Part shown: positions 59,717 through 64,000 of the stretch, piece after piece | Layout: every line of letters starts with the position of its first letter | Numbering within the stretch: the stretch's first letter is position 1 | Assembly: GCF_009914755.1 (NCBI RefSeq) | Contig: NC_060932.1 | Reading direction: 5' to 3' (one strand) | Origin: the human T2T-CHM13v2.0 reference genome, Homo sapiens | DNA length: 64,000 nucleotides | Notes under the pieces: model-generated | Told to the model about the DNA's origin: nothing | Database searches by the model: none | The model's input: only the letters and a program-made list of their open reading frames with translations | Position numbers and translations under genes: made by a program

Positions 59717-61414
59717 CATAATTACTATTTCTTTCATTATGTTCTGGACACTCCAAATTTTCAACTACAGGGTCCAGCCTTTGCAATCAGGAAAAAAAAA
59801 GTGTTTAAAAACATCTCTGAGGACTTACATATAACACCAGAAGGATTTATACATTTATTTAGTTAATGTGGTTAATAAAACCAAAATATTCTTTAAACCA
59901 TGTCTTAGCTTCATTCTTGTCTGCAATACTTTGGCACTGCCTGGATTTGGCATCATGAACTGCTGCAACTAAAATAACAGTAAGGTGCATTTATACAAAG
60001 GAAGAAATGAGAGATTAAGGTCCCCTGTTAATACTAAGGAGCCTGATAGATTTTGATATGTTTTGTGCACTGGTATCTGTATTTTCATTTTATTGATTTT
60101 TTTCTAAGGACCTTACAGCTAAAGCCAGGTCCCCAAAGAAGTCAGGGGTTTTTGTGTTACCCACAACTTGGCAGAATGTCTGCAATTACTCCTTCTGCTT
60201 TTAACTGACTTTGAATCCTCTCCTTTTGGCTTGAGTACCTGGCTTTCAGCCAGGAGAAGGGAAAATACTCTATCTGTTGGTTTTCAAATGTCATTTCCCC
60301 TTTGGCTTTGTTGATGGTAAAATTCTGCCTTTGCATCTGAAATTGGAAACTCTTCTAATCCTGGAGTCTGAGTGTAATTAATCGGAAGGCTTTCTCTTAT
60401 CTGTGTCTAGGATCAGCCTTTAGTCTGATCTTCATTTTTATCCAGGTGCAAAACTCAAATACTTTTACCTTTAGTGCAGTGGCCCAAATTTTGTCCCTAG
60501 TTCTGCCTGTGCTATCATTAACTGTCATTTTTTAATTATATCTACACACGAATGTGGGCCAGAGGCAGCAAGATCTGGATTTTCTCTTCCTCTCTGAGTC
60601 CCTGACCCTTGGATTGTTCTTCCTTCTTTTCAATTTTGGTGGGTTCTGGGTTTAGATTTGTAGCCTAACCTAGTCAACAACTTCTTTGGCATAGAAAAGA
60701 ATTATTTCTGATGTGTATATTTTCCCAGAAGTTAGAATACCCCTTTGATATATTTATTTGTGTTTAATCCACAGAAAGAAGGAAGAATTAAGTTATATTA
60801 ACAAGAGTATCTTGCAGTATATATATGCTTTAAAGTTCACAGTGACTTTGACATGCCTCTTTCATTTAGTTTTCACAACTCTTGGAACGTGTTTTTGCCC
60901 ATTTTCTGCATAAGAAAACTGAATTTCAGTAAAATTAAATTGTTTTTCCCAGGCAACCCAGCCAGGAATCACTAGTCCCCCTCTCTCAAAATCCAGCATT
61001 TGCTCACTAGACCAGAGCTGCTTTAAATGACAATAGTGTATGGAATTCATTATAGTAGAATCCATTCTAAACACATTGTTAATGGTTTGATCAAACATCT
61101 TTAGTAGCACCTTTTCATTCATGTTTTATTATGTATGTGTGCTACCCACTTTCTGTGCAGAAATTTCAAGGAAAAGGAAATTAGGCTTTCTGTAATACTC
61201 CTAATCCCTGTCCTTAATAAGTCCAAACTCTTTAACATGATACATAAGACTTTCACTATCCGGGGACCCCAGGGTACTGCACCATTCTCATCCATGTTTC
61301 TCACCTCTAAGCTTGTGATACTCCTGTCATGCAGCATTTTCCTTTGTTGTCCAAACGTGTCCTGCTTTAAATGTTACCATTCTCAATTCTCATCTGCCTG
61401 GTGACCTTGTGTTT

Positions 61415-61597
61415 CAGTGGTTGTCTGGAGCGTTAGTGTTCATTAGAATAACCTGGAGGGTTTGTTAAGACATAGCTTCTTGGACGCCCACTTCCAGGTT
61501 TCTGATTCAGTTGATCTGGGCCCTGAAGTTGCCTTTCTAACAAGTTTCCATGTGGTCCTCTTGCTGCTGGTCTGGCATCACACTTTAAGAAGTATTA
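61415..61597. mobile_element. MER5A hAT-Charlie, within an L2 relic
   Basis: CAGTGGTT...CATTAGAATAACCTGGAGGGTTTGTTAAGACA...TCTGATTCAG...CACACTTTAAGAAG. Confidence 0.75.
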
Positions 61598-61983
61598 TTC
61601 TACTTATCCTTCAAGACCTCAACCTAATTGATCTACAGATCCTTTTCCAACTATAGGAATATTTAATTGCTTGTTACTCTATGCTTTCAAGCTCTTGTTT
61701 GTGTAACATCTCACATTTTTTGGTGACTATTTATGAGTGTCTTCTTTGCTTAACTGTCTTCCTTTTACAAGGGAAAAGACTTGTTTGACTTGTGTTTAGA
61801 TCCTCATGGGCTAACATGATGGGAACTCATGAAGAATTTGTATGAATAAATAATGAACCTGGAAACCTTTGTTCATTTAAAGTTGCTTGTACAGGATGAA
61901 TGTTTTGCTTCATTGGTTTCCATTATTATTGTCTTCGTTCCCATTCAAATTCTGTTTCTAGGCAAACTGGAAGAGGAAAACTA

Positions 61984-63164
<1,181 letters not shown>

Positions 63165-63393
63165 ACTAATACATATATATTTTAATAACCACTATGTGCC
63201 AGGAACTGTGCTTCATATATATTATTGTGTAATTCTCAAAGTAATTCCCATGACATAACTATAGTACATCTGTTTTAAAGATAGAGAAACTGAGGCTCAA
63301 AAAGACTAAGTATTTTGTAAATATTCAAAGACTGGAAATAATATTTGATTTCAAGATTTTCTTATTCCAAAATGTGTTCTGATCTGCTGCTCT

Positions 63394-63652
<259 letters not shown>

Positions 63653-63975
63653 CTATCTTCAGATAAAATAAAGGTAATCTCCACATTAACATTACTAGCA
63701 GTGGTTCCTGCTCTCTTCTTTCTTTTTTTTCTTTGCATCCAGATTCAATTCCTAAATTACTCCCAGTATGACAGTGATTTCTACTGTGTTTCTCCTTCAC
63801 TCTCTGCAGATCATTGAAGAGGTAGCTGCAAATGCCTTTCACTTGCATGGCTTTTCCAAAATGTATTCAGATTGGCTGAATTTCTGAATCAAATACAATT
63901 TATTTTCTCTCTTATCCTAGCAGAAGATTTAAACAAAGAGATATGTAAAATATATTAAAAAATTTTTAAGTTTCC

Positions 63976-64000
63976 TTTTTTTTTTTTGAGGCAGGGTCTT
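63976..64000 (-). mobile_element. Alu 3' end, cut by window edge
   Basis: Poly-T followed by GAGGCAGGGTCTT. Confidence 0.75.

Overview
AT-rich primate (hominoid-like) genomic DNA, intronic or intergenic and dominated by interspersed repeats. I cannot identify any host protein-coding exon, tRNA, rRNA or CRISPR array. The centrepiece is a three-layer nest at 16409-24046: a full-length Hsmar1 mariner (both TIRs, TA duplication) interrupted in its 5' leader by a full-length minus-strand L1PA3-like LINE-1 (14-bp TSD; ORF1 open; ORF2 with a lost AUG, two frameshifts and one stop) and in its transposase by an AluY. This geometry points the L1 antisense promoter and splice donors at the Hsmar1 splice acceptor that SETMAR uses. 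Also present: a solo Hsmar1/MADE1 TIR, a near full-length Tigger1, a twin-primed (5'-inverted) old L1, solo LTRs (THE1, MER4-like, ERVL, MLT1), hAT MITEs (MER1A, MER3, MER5A, MER20), nine Alus, MIR/L2/CR1 relics, microsatellites and AT-rich palindromes. Subfamily calls come from remembered consensus sequences, not a database search, and boundaries of old repeats are approximate.
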